32,000 nt of DNA from Candidatus Saccharimonadota bacterium. Lineage in GTDB: Archaea; Nanohalarchaeota; Nanosalinia; Nanosalinales; Nanosalinaceae. The notes under the pieces are model-generated. The model was given only the letters and a program-made list of their open reading frames with translations, ran no database searches and was not told the origin of the DNA. Position 1 is the first letter of the stretch. The number at the start of each line of letters is the position of its first letter. Shown here piece after piece: positions 9,253 to 17,157 of this stretch. The DNA lies in NCBI RefSeq assembly GCF_029232205.1, contig NZ_CP107255.1, positions 450,001 to 482,000 of the forward strand, in the 5' to 3' direction. A program made the position numbers and the translations under genes.

Positions 9253-9588
9253 ATGTCAAATCCAATAGACCATGATCACAGACAGGCCGCTAAAGAATAC
9301 AGAGAGGCCTCCGGAGGAAAAGGAGAGAAATTCAGGGACTGGCAGGCACAGGTAGAAGACGAAACCAGCTTTGATGACAAAACCAGAGAGCTCATGATGC
9401 TGGCCGTAGCCTCCGCACTACAGTGCAAGTTCTGCGTTAGCGCACATAGTAAAAAAGCGATAAGACATGGAGCATCCAGGGAAGAAGTAGCAGACGCAGT
9501 ACAGATTGCTTCAGAAGTCAGAGCAGCATCCACAATGGCCTACGGAATGGACGCATACCAGAACTTTGACGACTTCGATGAAGAATAA
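9253..9588 (+). CDS. carboxymuconolactone decarboxylase / AhpD-like family protein
   Basis: It carries the CxxCxxxH motif (LQCKFCVSAHSK) in a small helical protein of typical CMD size. The flanking helices are conserved (TRELMMLAVASAL). Confidence 0.75.
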   Translation: MSNPIDHDHRQAAKEYREASGGKGEKFRDWQAQVEDETSFDDKTRELMMLAVASALQCKFCVSAHSKKAIRHGASREEVADAVQIASEVRAASTMAYGMDAYQNFDDFDEE

Positions 9589-9603
9589 AAAATAAGAACT
9601 TTA

Positions 9604-9619
9604 GAGGCCTTAAGGCCTC
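9604..9619. terminator. perfect 16-nt palindrome GAGGCCTTAAGGCCTC between convergent genes, flanked by T-runs on both strands
   Basis: Read directly from the sequence. It lies 16 nt after the stop at 9588 and 10 nt before the stop at 9629. ATTTTT follows on the + strand and TTATTTTTT on the - strand. Confidence 0.45.
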
Positions 9620-9628
9620 ACAAATTTT

Positions 9629-11053
9629 TCACCTGTTTTCTCTTTCCCATTTTCTTGCGGCTTCGTGGAAGATATGGAATCCTGCAAGCCCGATAATCAG
9701 TGAGAATGATAGGAAACCGATAGATACTACTGCAGGCGCCAGGTGGTACAGTAGGCCTGCTACGAACATCGGCACAAGCACTGCGCCGGCGCTGAACATG
9801 AAGATTGTGAACTTCCATGCATCGAACAGCATCTCGTTAGGCTCAAGGCCTGAAAGATAAGCTGTCACGCCCACAAGGTAGACGGATATTGATGGGAGGC
9901 TGAGTGCTCCTACGATAGCGCCGTCAGCTCCGTAAATATAGGTGTTTGCTGCGATGAATGCCCAGGCTACAGGTACTGAGACAGTTAGGTAGAGGCTGAG
10001 CTTTGCATCAAACACTTCGTGCATTTCAACAGGGAACTTGGTGTATGTGGAAGGCCTGTCATTCAACGTAATCCAGTTATACGTGGAGAGCGAGGCAATT
10101 GAAAGAATCAGCGCGACTACAAGACCTGGTGCTGCTGTTCCTGCTGTCAGGAACGGGATCTGTGACATCATGAATACATAGAATGCGTAGATCAGGCCGA
10201 ACGAGAAGAAAATCTTGATTACTCCTCCGCTACTCCTAAGAAGCTGGATAACAGATTTGGAGACAATTCCTGTCTTGTCGTATCCAAGTAGATCATGCAC
10301 TTCATGGAACTTGTCCTCGCTGGTACGCGACTTTCTACCGCTGGAAGGCCTGAAAATTGCCACGCTGTAGAGAGCCAGTAATGAAAATGGAAGGAATCCT
10401 GTAATGAAGCTGGAGATCCCTGGATTTGAGAAGAATCCAAGAGGGGTCAACTCCATAAGGCCCATGCTAGAGTAGTAGATTGCTCCTGCAAGAGGAATGC
10501 TGAATCCAAGAAGGTAGTTCACGCCAAGATTGTAGAGCGAGGCGAATGCCAGACTCATTGAAACTCCCAGCATAAACATTCCGGAACCTGCAACCCAGGC
10601 CATCAACACTTTCGAAACTGCATAGGATGTGAAGTAGTTGACTGATAGAAGGCCTAGAGTCAGTGGTGCTACGAAAAGTGCTGAGTAGTACAGTAAATCC
10701 TTGAGTATGAATACTGAGACAATCTTTCTCTGCTGGATTGGCAGGGTTCTTGAGGAATATATCAGAAGATTGTTCTCTCCTATCAAGTTCTCGGCTCTAT
10801 CCCGGCTGATGAACCCTATTGAGCCGACGTTGAGACCCAGGAAGAACAACAAGGCAAGTATTCCATACTCTATCTGGCCTACAGTAAATCCTGTGTAGAA
10901 AGATGAGGCCACTAGAAATGCTGAGGCCGCGAGGACTACAAGAGGGAATAATGCGAAGTTTCTGCCTCCGAAAAGTTCGGAGTGCATTCTCCACTCTTCT
11001 TTAATCATTTCTCTGAGCAGACTCAAATCCTTCCACCTCTTCAAGGAACTCAT
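9629..11053 (-). CDS. polytopic membrane protein, probable permease partner of the adjacent ABC ATPase
   Basis: About 12 hydrophobic segments, directly downstream of and overlapping the ATPase gene. ATG 11053 gives a 53-nt overlap. The alternative ATG 11008 gives an 8-nt overlap. Confidence 0.6.
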   Translation of the reverse strand: MSSLKRWKDLSLLREMIKEEWRMHSELFGGRNFALFPLVVLAASAFLVASSFYTGFTVGQIEYGILALLFFLGLNVGSIGFISRDRAENLIGENNLLIYSSRTLPIQQRKIVSVFILKDLLYYSALFVAPLTLGLLSVNYFTSYAVSKVLMAWVAGSGMFMLGVSMSLAFASLYNLGVNYLLGFSIPLAGAIYYSSMGLMELTPLGFFSNPGISSFITGFLPFSLLALYSVAIFRPSSGRKSRTSEDKFHEVHDLLGYDKTGIVSKSVIQLLRSSGGVIKIFFSFGLIYAFYVFMMSQIPFLTAGTAAPGLVVALILSIASLSTYNWITLNDRPSTYTKFPVEMHEVFDAKLSLYLTVSVPVAWAFIAANTYIYGADGAIVGALSLPSISVYLVGVTAYLSGLEPNEMLFDAWKFTIFMFSAGAVLVPMFVAGLLYHLAPAVVSIGFLSFSLIIGLAGFHIFHEAARKWERENR

Positions 11054-11720
11054 CGGTTAGCTCGCCGATCTCATCCATCTCATGCTCGGCAATCAGTTCT
11101 CCCTGATCCAGGACACCGATCTTGGTGCAGACCTCCTGAGCAAGACTCAAAACATGTGTCGAGAGGAATATAGTATTTCCATCCTCCTGATACTCTTGGA
11201 AAAAGGCCTTGACATTTTCCTGAACCAGTGGATCAAGATTGGTCAACGGCTCATCAATGAAAACCAGGCTAGGCTCGTGGATAAAGGCCTGCGTAATCAT
11301 AACCTTCTGCTTCTCACCCTTCGAGAGATCCATGTTCAAAGTATCAAGTTTCTCCTCAAACTTCAGTCTTTCAGCCCATTCCTCAACCTTGTCAGAGACA
11401 TCAACGTTTCTGATCTCTCCGACAAACTGGAAGTACTCTCTAGGCGTCAGAAAGCTTGGAGGATCCTCTCTTTCAGGAAGAATTCCAATCTTCTCCCGAA
11501 CTGTACGCGGATGCTTCTGAGGATCGACCCCCAGAATCTTCGCAGAACCAGAATCAGCTGAGAGCTGGCCTGTCAAAATATTGATTGTAGTAGATTTTCC
11601 AGCGCCGTTAGGGCCGATAAAACCGTAGAGCTCGCCCTCATCAAGTTCGAGATCGAGATCTTTCAAGGCCTCTACGTCTCCAAAACTTTTGGAAAGGCCT
11701 TCTGCTTTGATAGCTTTCAT
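11001..11720 (-). CDS. ABC transporter ATP-binding protein (ABC-2/CcmA-like)
   Basis: Walker A GPNGAGKST, signature LSKGEKQKV, Walker B LVFIDEPLTNLD and an H-loop (STHV). The track ORF is trimmed to ATG 11720 (MKAIKAEGLSKSF). Confidence 0.9.
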   Translation of the reverse strand: MKAIKAEGLSKSFGDVEALKDLDLELDEGELYGFIGPNGAGKSTTINILTGQLSADSGSAKILGVDPQKHPRTVREKIGILPEREDPPSFLTPREYFQFVGEIRNVDVSDKVEEWAERLKFEEKLDTLNMDLSKGEKQKVMITQAFIHEPSLVFIDEPLTNLDPLVQENVKAFFQEYQEDGNTIFLSTHVLSLAQEVCTKIGVLDQGELIAEHEMDEIGELTDEFLEEVEGFESAQRND

Positions 11721-11823
11721 TGTTTTACAAACACCTGTCACAAATTTTGCCAGGCCGCTGTAAATAAACTTGGTTTCCTGGAACTGAGAATACTTAAAAG
11801 AATGAATCAACTTCAACCAATTC

Positions 11824-12453
11824 ATGGGCCTGAAACTACTTGTTACCAGCGATTTCCACGCCAAAGAAGACCTTAAAGAAGGCGCAATTGAAGAGGCAAA
11901 CTCTGGAGACTACGATCTATACCTTAATCTAGGAGACTTTATCGACCCGGATTACGCGGAAGAGCTTTTCGACAGGATCGAAATTCCGGGTCTCGGATGC
12001 ACAGGTAACAGAGATCTATTTGAAGACGAGGAAATGATTGAGAAGGCTCCGGTATTCCACTTTCTGGAGGCCGACGTCGACGATGAATATCTCGTGATTT
12101 TGATTGGAGGAGACTTCCCTGACGATATCAAGGAGCAGGTTACAGAGATAATTGAAGAACACGGCGACTCATCGAAAGTAATAGTAGGTTCTCACTACCC
12201 GCCACTGAAGCTCGGCGACAGAATCCACTCTGGCGACAGGATAGGGTTTGAACAGTTCAGAGAACTTATCCTGAAGCAGAAACCTGCGCTATGGGCTAAC
12301 GGCCATGTACACGAAGACTTTGGAGAAAGAAGCCTTCTTGGAACCACGGTACTTAACGCCGCAGGAGAATCAACGGGCAAAGGCTACGCAGTTACAATCG
12401 GAGACGAAGGCGGAGTAGAAGAGGTAGAAGAAGTAAATCTTCTAGACGAATAA
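11824..12453 (+). CDS. metallophosphoesterase (calcineurin-like) family protein
   Basis: The ordered motifs SDFH, GDF(ID), GNRD, GSH(YPP) and GHVHE are typical of this fold. Confidence 0.8.
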   Translation: MGLKLLVTSDFHAKEDLKEGAIEEANSGDYDLYLNLGDFIDPDYAEELFDRIEIPGLGCTGNRDLFEDEEMIEKAPVFHFLEADVDDEYLVILIGGDFPDDIKEQVTEIIEEHGDSSKVIVGSHYPPLKLGDRIHSGDRIGFEQFRELILKQKPALWANGHVHEDFGERSLLGTTVLNAAGESTGKGYAVTIGDEGGVEEVEEVNLLDE

Positions 12454-12495
12454 CAATTTATAAGATTCAGAGTAAATCTGTTTTCCTACATAGAA

Positions 12496-12569
12496 GGGCT
12501 CTTAGTTCAGCCTGGCGGAACGCTTCCTTGGCAGGGAAGAGGCCGTGGGTTCAAATCCCACAGAGTCCA
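12496..12569 (+). tRNA. tRNA-Ala (anticodon GGC), no encoded CCA
   Basis: Hand-folded cloverleaf: acceptor GGGCTCT/AGAGTCC with the G3:U70 alanine identity pair; D stem GTTC/GAAC; anticodon stem CTTCC/GGAAG with loop TTGGCAG; T arm GTGGG-TTCAAAT-CCCAC; discriminator A. TTTATAA lies about 35 nt upstream. Confidence 0.9.
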
Positions 12570-12616
12570 CTACCATCAATTTTCTGAGAAGGCCCTGTTT
12601 TCTTCATATGCAAAGA

Positions 12617-12874
12617 TTACAGTATTCCGGTCTTTATCCCTGTGTAGGCCTTTACTACAATCTCTTTCAGTACTCTCGTGCTCTGAATATTCATCAGGTA
12701 AACTGCAGCAGCCAGTACGTGCAGAGATATTAGGTAGGTAGCCAGACTGTGAAGGGTGCCGCTTGTTCTCTGTACTATAATACTAATGAGTGCAGAAGCT
12801 ATGTGGATCTGTATAAATGCTGCAGCAAATTTTTCTACACCTGAGCTCTGACCCATGTAGGACTCTCGAGACAT
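12617..12874 (-). CDS. possible small hydrophobic protein (85 aa); uncertain
   Basis: This is the only sizeable ORF in a ~410-nt stretch next to the tRNA. It has two hydrophobic segments but is not acidic, and I recognise no motif. Confidence 0.3.
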   Translation of the reverse strand: MSRESYMGQSSGVEKFAAAFIQIHIASALISIIVQRTSGTLHSLATYLISLHVLAAAVYLMNIQSTRVLKEIVVKAYTGIKTGIL

Positions 12875-12983
12875 TAATTATTATAAAAAAGCCTCAGGCC
12901 GTGGATGAACGTTTCTTTTATAAATATTTTTTCTGGTTCTTTTCGGGATAAACCCTATTAACAACGCGGAAGAAAACACTTTC

Positions 12984-13376
12984 ATGTTAGAAGGCAGAAC
13001 CTTTGAGAAAGGAATTTTTTCAGGCCTTGCAATCTCTGTAGTAGGTTCTCTGATTTTACCTGTGTTTCAGCTGGTTGCTGTGGTAGCAGGAACGATTCTG
13101 GCCGCGGTGATAGCAGCTAAAAACTACAGAGAAGGCCTTATAACAGGATTTGTGACAGGATTTTCTATTGTTTTTATCGCATTGCTAAATCTCTACACAG
13201 GTTCGGGCCTGCCAGTACAGGGCATAATGAGTTCTGCAATGTCTTTTTCACCAGCTAACACAACTATGGGTTTGTTTATCTCGGCCTCCATCATGGTCAT
13301 GGCTCTTTCAACAGTTTCCGGCGCTATTACGGGTTATGTAATTCATGAGGAGGAGTTTGACTACTCTACTGCATGA
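12984..13376 (+). CDS. integral membrane protein (about 4 TM), unknown function
   Basis: Clean ORF with four G/A/I/V-rich hydrophobic segments and an acidic C-terminal tip (HEEEFDY). Confidence 0.6.
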   Translation: MLEGRTFEKGIFSGLAISVVGSLILPVFQLVAVVAGTILAAVIAAKNYREGLITGFVTGFSIVFIALLNLYTGSGLPVQGIMSSAMSFSPANTTMGLFISASIMVMALSTVSGAITGYVIHEEEFDYSTA

Positions 13377-13533
13377 AGAATCTGTCAATGATGATGGCAG
13401 GGCCTCCGATAAGTGAAACCAGCAGCAATATGACTGCAAACCCGAGATCGATCTGCGCAACTAGAACAGCCAGTACCACTCCTGCAATATTGACAACAGT
13501 AAGTGCTGCTACGGCCTTCCAGAATTTTTCCAT
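13366..13533 (-). CDS. unlisted small 2-TM membrane protein (55 aa, MEKFWKAVAALTVVNIAGVVLAVLVAQIDLGFAVILLLVSLIGGPAIIIDRFFMQ)
   Basis: Hand translation. It is below the 60-aa cutoff of the track. Its ATG is 5 nt after the stop of the upstream 139-aa membrane protein gene on the same strand. It forms a hairpin of two hydrophobic helices. Confidence 0.4.
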   Translation of the reverse strand: MEKFWKAVAALTVVNIAGVVLAVLVAQIDLGFAVILLLVSLIGGPAIIIDRFFMQ

Positions 13534-13538
13534 TATTC

Positions 13539-13958
13539 TTACTTCCTCTCAAGCCTGTAGATATCCTCGGAGATCAGTTCTTCGAATACCAGCAGGATGT
13601 TGTATGTGAAAGTTACGTGAGCGCCTATCAGGAATACAAAGGCCATTGAGAAGCTCTCAACATTGGTTACAGCGAGATACGTGATCAGGACGCTGCCGAG
13701 GGATGCGAAAATGTGGATCATCGAGGCCGCAATATGCTGTACTTCTGGAGATTCAACTTCGCGGAAGAAACCTCTGAAGCTGATCGCGGCCAACAATGCA
13801 AAACCTACAACCCCTCCGAATACAAAAGCCAGTATGGCGGAGGGAGTCATTGTGAAATTATTCAAAAGCAAGGCTCCTGAACCCCAGATACTCAAAGTAT
13901 AACCATAAGCCGCTGACTCATCTGTAATATTGTCCTGGATATTGTCAAGGAACCTCAT
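13539..13958 (-). CDS. integral membrane protein (139 aa, about 4 TM), unknown function
   Basis: Clean ORF with an ATG start and hydrophobic segments. An AT-rich element at 13984..13995 lies about 30 nt upstream. Confidence 0.6.
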   Translation of the reverse strand: MRFLDNIQDNITDESAAYGYTLSIWGSGALLLNNFTMTPSAILAFVFGGVVGFALLAAISFRGFFREVESPEVQHIAASMIHIFASLGSVLITYLAVTNVESFSMAFVFLIGAHVTFTYNILLVFEELISEDIYRLERK

Positions 13959-13983
13959 GCATAGGGTTTTAGATTGCTCTAAC

Positions 13984-13995
13984 TTAATAATTTTT
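13984..13995. promoter_or_regulatory. central AT-rich TATA-like element (TTAATAATTTTT) between divergent genes
   Basis: The spacer is 52 nt. The centre is about 22 nt from ATG 14011 and about 31 nt from ATG 13958. Confidence 0.4.
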
Positions 13996-14010
13996 CAAGT
14001 GACTGGAAAA

Positions 14011-14571
14011 ATGGTTGAAGAAAAAGAATTTGAAGAAATCTACATTCTTACAGGCAACTCCGACAAAGTTGAGGCAGCAAGAACAGCCTTTGAAGAATCA
14101 GAAATCAAGCTTAAACAGTTAGATAAAGATATTCCTGAAATCCAGGCCGCTACCAGTATGAAAGTAGCCCGTCACACCGTTGAAGAAGTAATTGAAGATC
14201 TAGAGGGTCCTGTTGTAAGAGAGGATCACAGTATTTTTCTAGATGCTATTCCAGGGTTTCCAGGCCCTTATATGAGCTACTTCGATAAAAATATGCCTGC
14301 AGAGAGATTGCTGGAGCTTCTTGAAGGAGAGAAAAGAACAGGTTATTTTGAGATTTCTGCTGTGTTAGGTCTTCCTTCCGGTCAAATTGAGGAGTTCGGT
14401 TTTCGTGTGCCGATCAAGATTTCGGAGGAGATCAGAGGCAGTCAGAGAAACTGGGATCGGGTTTTAATGCTGAGAGATTCTGAAGAAACGTTTGCAGAGT
14501 CGGATGCGGATTCCAGGAGAGAAATTTTCAACAGGAATTTCCAGGAGATCGCAGAGTTCCTGAGTAAGTAA
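14011..14571 (+). CDS. non-canonical purine NTP pyrophosphatase (Ham1/RdgB/ITPase family)
   Basis: N-terminal ILTGNSDKVEAAR (TGNxxK motif), IPEIQ, then VREDHSIFLDAIPGFPGPYMSYF (the ED...PG.Y motif). The track ORF is trimmed to ATG 14011. Confidence 0.85.
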   Translation: MVEEKEFEEIYILTGNSDKVEAARTAFEESEIKLKQLDKDIPEIQAATSMKVARHTVEEVIEDLEGPVVREDHSIFLDAIPGFPGPYMSYFDKNMPAERLLELLEGEKRTGYFEISAVLGLPSGQIEEFGFRVPIKISEEIRGSQRNWDRVLMLRDSEETFAESDADSRREIFNRNFQEIAEFLSK

Positions 14572-14607
14572 TTCTCTTTTTTATTTATCGAGCCAAAGTT
14601 AGTTCAT

Positions 14608-14826
14608 ATGGATCTAGTTAGTTTTGTAGCAGGAGTTTTCGTAGGAATTGTTGCCGGTATCGGTGGCGCGTTGTTCTATTTGAGATGGAAGATGCGTCAG
14701 CAGCTTGGAATGATGGAAGATCAGATGAGTGACTTGATGGATTCCACGCAGGCAATGACTGAAGGCCTCGGAGATCTTGAAGATATTGAAGAGGTCGAGA
14801 ATAAAGAAGAGGAAAATACGGATTAA
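14608..14826 (+). CDS. small single-pass membrane protein with an acidic C-terminal tail (72 aa)
   Basis: One N-terminal TM (VSFVAGVFVGIVAGIGGALFYL) is followed by a D/E-rich tail. TTTTTTATTTAT at 14577..14588 is centred about 25 nt upstream of the ATG. Confidence 0.5.
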   Translation: MDLVSFVAGVFVGIVAGIGGALFYLRWKMRQQLGMMEDQMSDLMDSTQAMTEGLGDLEDIEEVENKEEENTD

Positions 14827-14835
14827 ATTTCCTTC

Positions 14836-15075
14836 TTATTTTTCTTCGTAGAGCTCGTAGCCGAAGTAGATCTGATACAGTCCGGCAAGGCCTACAAGAA
14901 GATAGATAGCGGCTTCAACCTGTCCTCCGGCAACTCCGCCGAAGATAAGGTTTACAACGTTGTATGCTTCTCGTCCTTCTCCGGAAAGCATTCCCAGGCC
15001 TACTAATCCCCAGTTCAATGCACCGATTACTACAAGGCCTAGAGTCGACCAGTCAAGGTATTTTACATCTGCCAT
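14836..15075 (-). CDS. DUF378-family small membrane protein
   Basis: The sequence LDWSTLGLVVIGALNWGLVGL and a second G-rich TM match the DUF378 signature (ALNWGLVG) as I recall it. Confidence 0.7.
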   Translation of the reverse strand: MADVKYLDWSTLGLVVIGALNWGLVGLGMLSGEGREAYNVVNLIFGGVAGGQVEAAIYLLVGLAGLYQIYFGYELYEEK

Positions 15076-15131
15076 TTACAGTTCACTTAACCACTTTTAC
15101 TGCTCTGAGGATTTTATAGTTTGGGCCTGTT

Positions 15132-15494
15132 TTACTGCTTTTTCTCCAGTTTTTCGGCTGTTCTCTCCATTTCGTTGGAGATGCTTCTAAGCTGGTCGAT
15201 GAAGGCCTCGCTTCTGGCAGAGTATTCTTCCTCTATTTCAAGGTCTCTAAGTGCTGATCTGAGATGTGCTTCCTTGATTTTTGCCATCATATCGCCTTCT
15301 TTCAGAGTTTTTTCGGTTATTTCGTCTAGCATTCTGGATAGAACACAGTTGATTACGTGAGGTACGTCGCCGTCAAGGGTCTGTTCCTCATCCATTCCTT
15401 CCCGAATAATTCTTCTGATTCTTCCCTCGGAAAGAGCAAGATCATCGTTTTCAAGCTGGCCATAATTGTCCGGAATAAGCTTCTCAAGGTTCAT
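15132..15494 (-). CDS. histone-fold protein with an N-terminal extension and a ~35-aa C-terminal helical extension
   Basis: By-eye alignment to archaeal HMfB. RIRRIIRE aligns with PIGRIIKD (alpha1). VPHVINCVLSRMLDEITEKTLKEGDMMA aligns with ARITLAKILEEMGRDIASEAIKLARHAG (alpha2, same length and hydrophobic register). KIKEAHLRSALRDL aligns with KTIKAEDIELAVRRF (L2-alpha3). The C-terminal EIEEEYSARSEAFIDQLRSISNEMERTAEKLEKKQ looks coiled-coil. Start trimmed to ATG 15494. Confidence 0.45.
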   Translation of the reverse strand: MNLEKLIPDNYGQLENDDLALSEGRIRRIIREGMDEEQTLDGDVPHVINCVLSRMLDEITEKTLKEGDMMAKIKEAHLRSALRDLEIEEEYSARSEAFIDQLRSISNEMERTAEKLEKKQ

Positions 15495-15582
15495 AATAAG
15501 GAATATATGCTGCACAAACTACAAAAAATCACTTGGTCCACTGCCGAAATCCACTAAAATTATCAACACCAATCTTTAACCT

Positions 15583-16587
15583 ATGAGAATCAAGGCCCGC
15601 ACCATCCGGTTTTTACTCGCAGTTTTCCTGACAGCTCTCCTGATTCCTGGAGTAGCAGGAGAAACAGTTTTCGAAGACAGAGTTACAGTAAATTCCAACT
15701 CCAGCATGACAGTTTTCGCACAGGACGTAACTGTAGAAAACGTAAACGGCAGCCTAACAGTATTCACACAGAACCTCGATATTGAAGGCCCTGTAACCGG
15801 CAACGTAAAGGCCTACGCACAGAATGTCAATATCTACTCTACTATAGGAGGAGATGCCGAATTTTATACTCAGAGCTTTTCTTTGAAAGATACTGGCCAG
15901 GTTAATGGCACGCTAACTGTGGCTGCGGAAAATACACATCTGAATGGATGGATTAACGATGCAAGAGTTGAATCTGAAAATCTTGTAGTTGACTCTGGCG
16001 CACAGATCAGTGGAACACTACGTTACAGGGCCGAAAGGTTCGAGCAACAGACAAATGTAACCGGCCAGATAGTTGAAGCCCCGAGAGATATAGATCTAGT
16101 TAATACAGCCGATATAGCTAGTGAGGCCGTAATGGAGACTGCAGAGTTCCTGATAAGGATCTTTGCAGGCCTTCTGCTTATTGCTTTCGCGCCAAGATAT
16201 TCGCAGAAGATCAGTGAAGCCTTCCGGTCAAGAACTGCGGCCTCAGGATTCCTTGGATTAATGGCTGCGATTCTTCTTCCTGCCGCGACATTCATCCTTG
16301 CACTGACGATTGTAGGACTCCCTCTAGCAGCAATAACAGGTCTGCTGTTCCTGATTCTTTACCTGTTGGGAACTTTCTACGGGCCTTACAGCCTCCTGAA
16401 GAATGTTGTGGGGACTGAGGAGAGAGGCCATGATTACGCGGCAATGGTTCTGGGAGTTGTCCTCTGGACCTTGCTTGATGCGCTTCCGCTGCTTGGAGAT
16501 ATAGCCCAGTTAGTGATTGCGGTGATAGGTATAGGCGCCTTTATTCTTCCTGGCTGGGAGGGCATGGGTCGAAGGATAAGAAGATAA
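15583..16587 (+). CDS. membrane protein with an extracytoplasmic bactofilin-like beta-helix repeat region and a C-terminal multi-TM domain
   Basis: A signal/anchor (FLLAVFLTALLIPGVAG) is followed by ~18-20-aa periodic repeats (VFAQDVTVENVNGSLT / VFTQNLDIEGPVTGNVK / AYAQNVNIYSTIGGDAE / FYTQSFSLKDTGQVNGTLT ...). About 4 hydrophobic helices follow. Confidence 0.5.
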   Translation: MRIKARTIRFLLAVFLTALLIPGVAGETVFEDRVTVNSNSSMTVFAQDVTVENVNGSLTVFTQNLDIEGPVTGNVKAYAQNVNIYSTIGGDAEFYTQSFSLKDTGQVNGTLTVAAENTHLNGWINDARVESENLVVDSGAQISGTLRYRAERFEQQTNVTGQIVEAPRDIDLVNTADIASEAVMETAEFLIRIFAGLLLIAFAPRYSQKISEAFRSRTAASGFLGLMAAILLPAATFILALTIVGLPLAAITGLLFLILYLLGTFYGPYSLLKNVVGTEERGHDYAAMVLGVVLWTLLDALPLLGDIAQLVIAVIGIGAFILPGWEGMGRRIRR

Positions 16588-16612
16588 ATGCCTCCAACTC
16601 CAAAGAACTTGC

Positions 16613-17143
16613 ATGGAGAAAGTGTTTTTCCTCAGGCATTTCCAGACAGAGGTAGATCCGGATACCCCGGTCTCTGAATGGAATCTTTCAGAAGAAGGCC
16701 TTGAAGAAATGGAGGAGTTTATGCAGGGCGATCTTCCGCAAGTTGAGGCAATTCTAACTAGTCCGGAACCAAAGGCCCAGAACACTGCTGAAAGACTTTT
16801 AGAGCAGATCGGCGAAGAGGTTGTTCCTCTTGAAGAACTTAGAGAGGTTGATAGATCTCGCAGAGGGTTTATCGAAAAACATCATAAGTATGTGGAGACT
16901 GCAAAAGAGTATCTGCAGAACGATTATCCAAAAACGGCCTGGGAACCTAAATCAGAGGTCAAAAGAAGAATCAGAGAATTTATACAGAGAATGGAGGGTA
17001 TGGGCTATGACAGAGTTCTTGTAGTGGGCCATGGCCTGTACTTCAGCATCATGCTTGGTGAGGAGCCTTATTATTTCTGGAGAGAGCTTGAGTTTGGAGA
17101 GTTAATCGAAAAAGATTTCGAGGAATTGCAGCAGTTTAAATAA
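16613..17143 (+). CDS. histidine phosphatase (phosphoglycerate mutase-like) superfamily protein
   Basis: N-terminal FFLRHFQTE (RHG-type catalytic motif variant) and distal VLVVGHG (second catalytic His). The size is typical of SixA/PGM-like small phosphatases. Confidence 0.65.
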   Translation: MEKVFFLRHFQTEVDPDTPVSEWNLSEEGLEEMEEFMQGDLPQVEAILTSPEPKAQNTAERLLEQIGEEVVPLEELREVDRSRRGFIEKHHKYVETAKEYLQNDYPKTAWEPKSEVKRRIREFIQRMEGMGYDRVLVVGHGLYFSIMLGEEPYYFWRELEFGELIEKDFEELQQFK

Positions 17144-17157
17144 TCTTCAGATTTCTT

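Noticed and set aside
11721-11864. The N-terminal extension of the ABC ATPase ORF (track start 11864), which would overlap the divergent metallophosphoesterase start
   Set aside because: The canonical ABC N-terminus (MKAIKAEGLSKSFG) starts at ATG 11720. The extension crosses the divergent promoter.
12545-12733. A 62-aa ORF starting inside the tRNA-Ala gene
   Set aside because: It overlaps a well-folded tRNA. Its translation is implausible and it has no promoter geometry.
13381-13450. A C-box-like ATGATGA at 13388..13394, as a possible C/D box sRNA
   Set aside because: There are no properly spaced D/D' (CTGA) boxes or terminal stem. The region is better explained by the 55-aa membrane ORF on the opposite strand.
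12454-14010. A possible integrated element at tRNA-Ala
   Set aside because: There is no integrase or recombinase ORF. I could find no direct repeat of the tRNA 3' half downstream by eye. The adjacent genes are small membrane proteins only.
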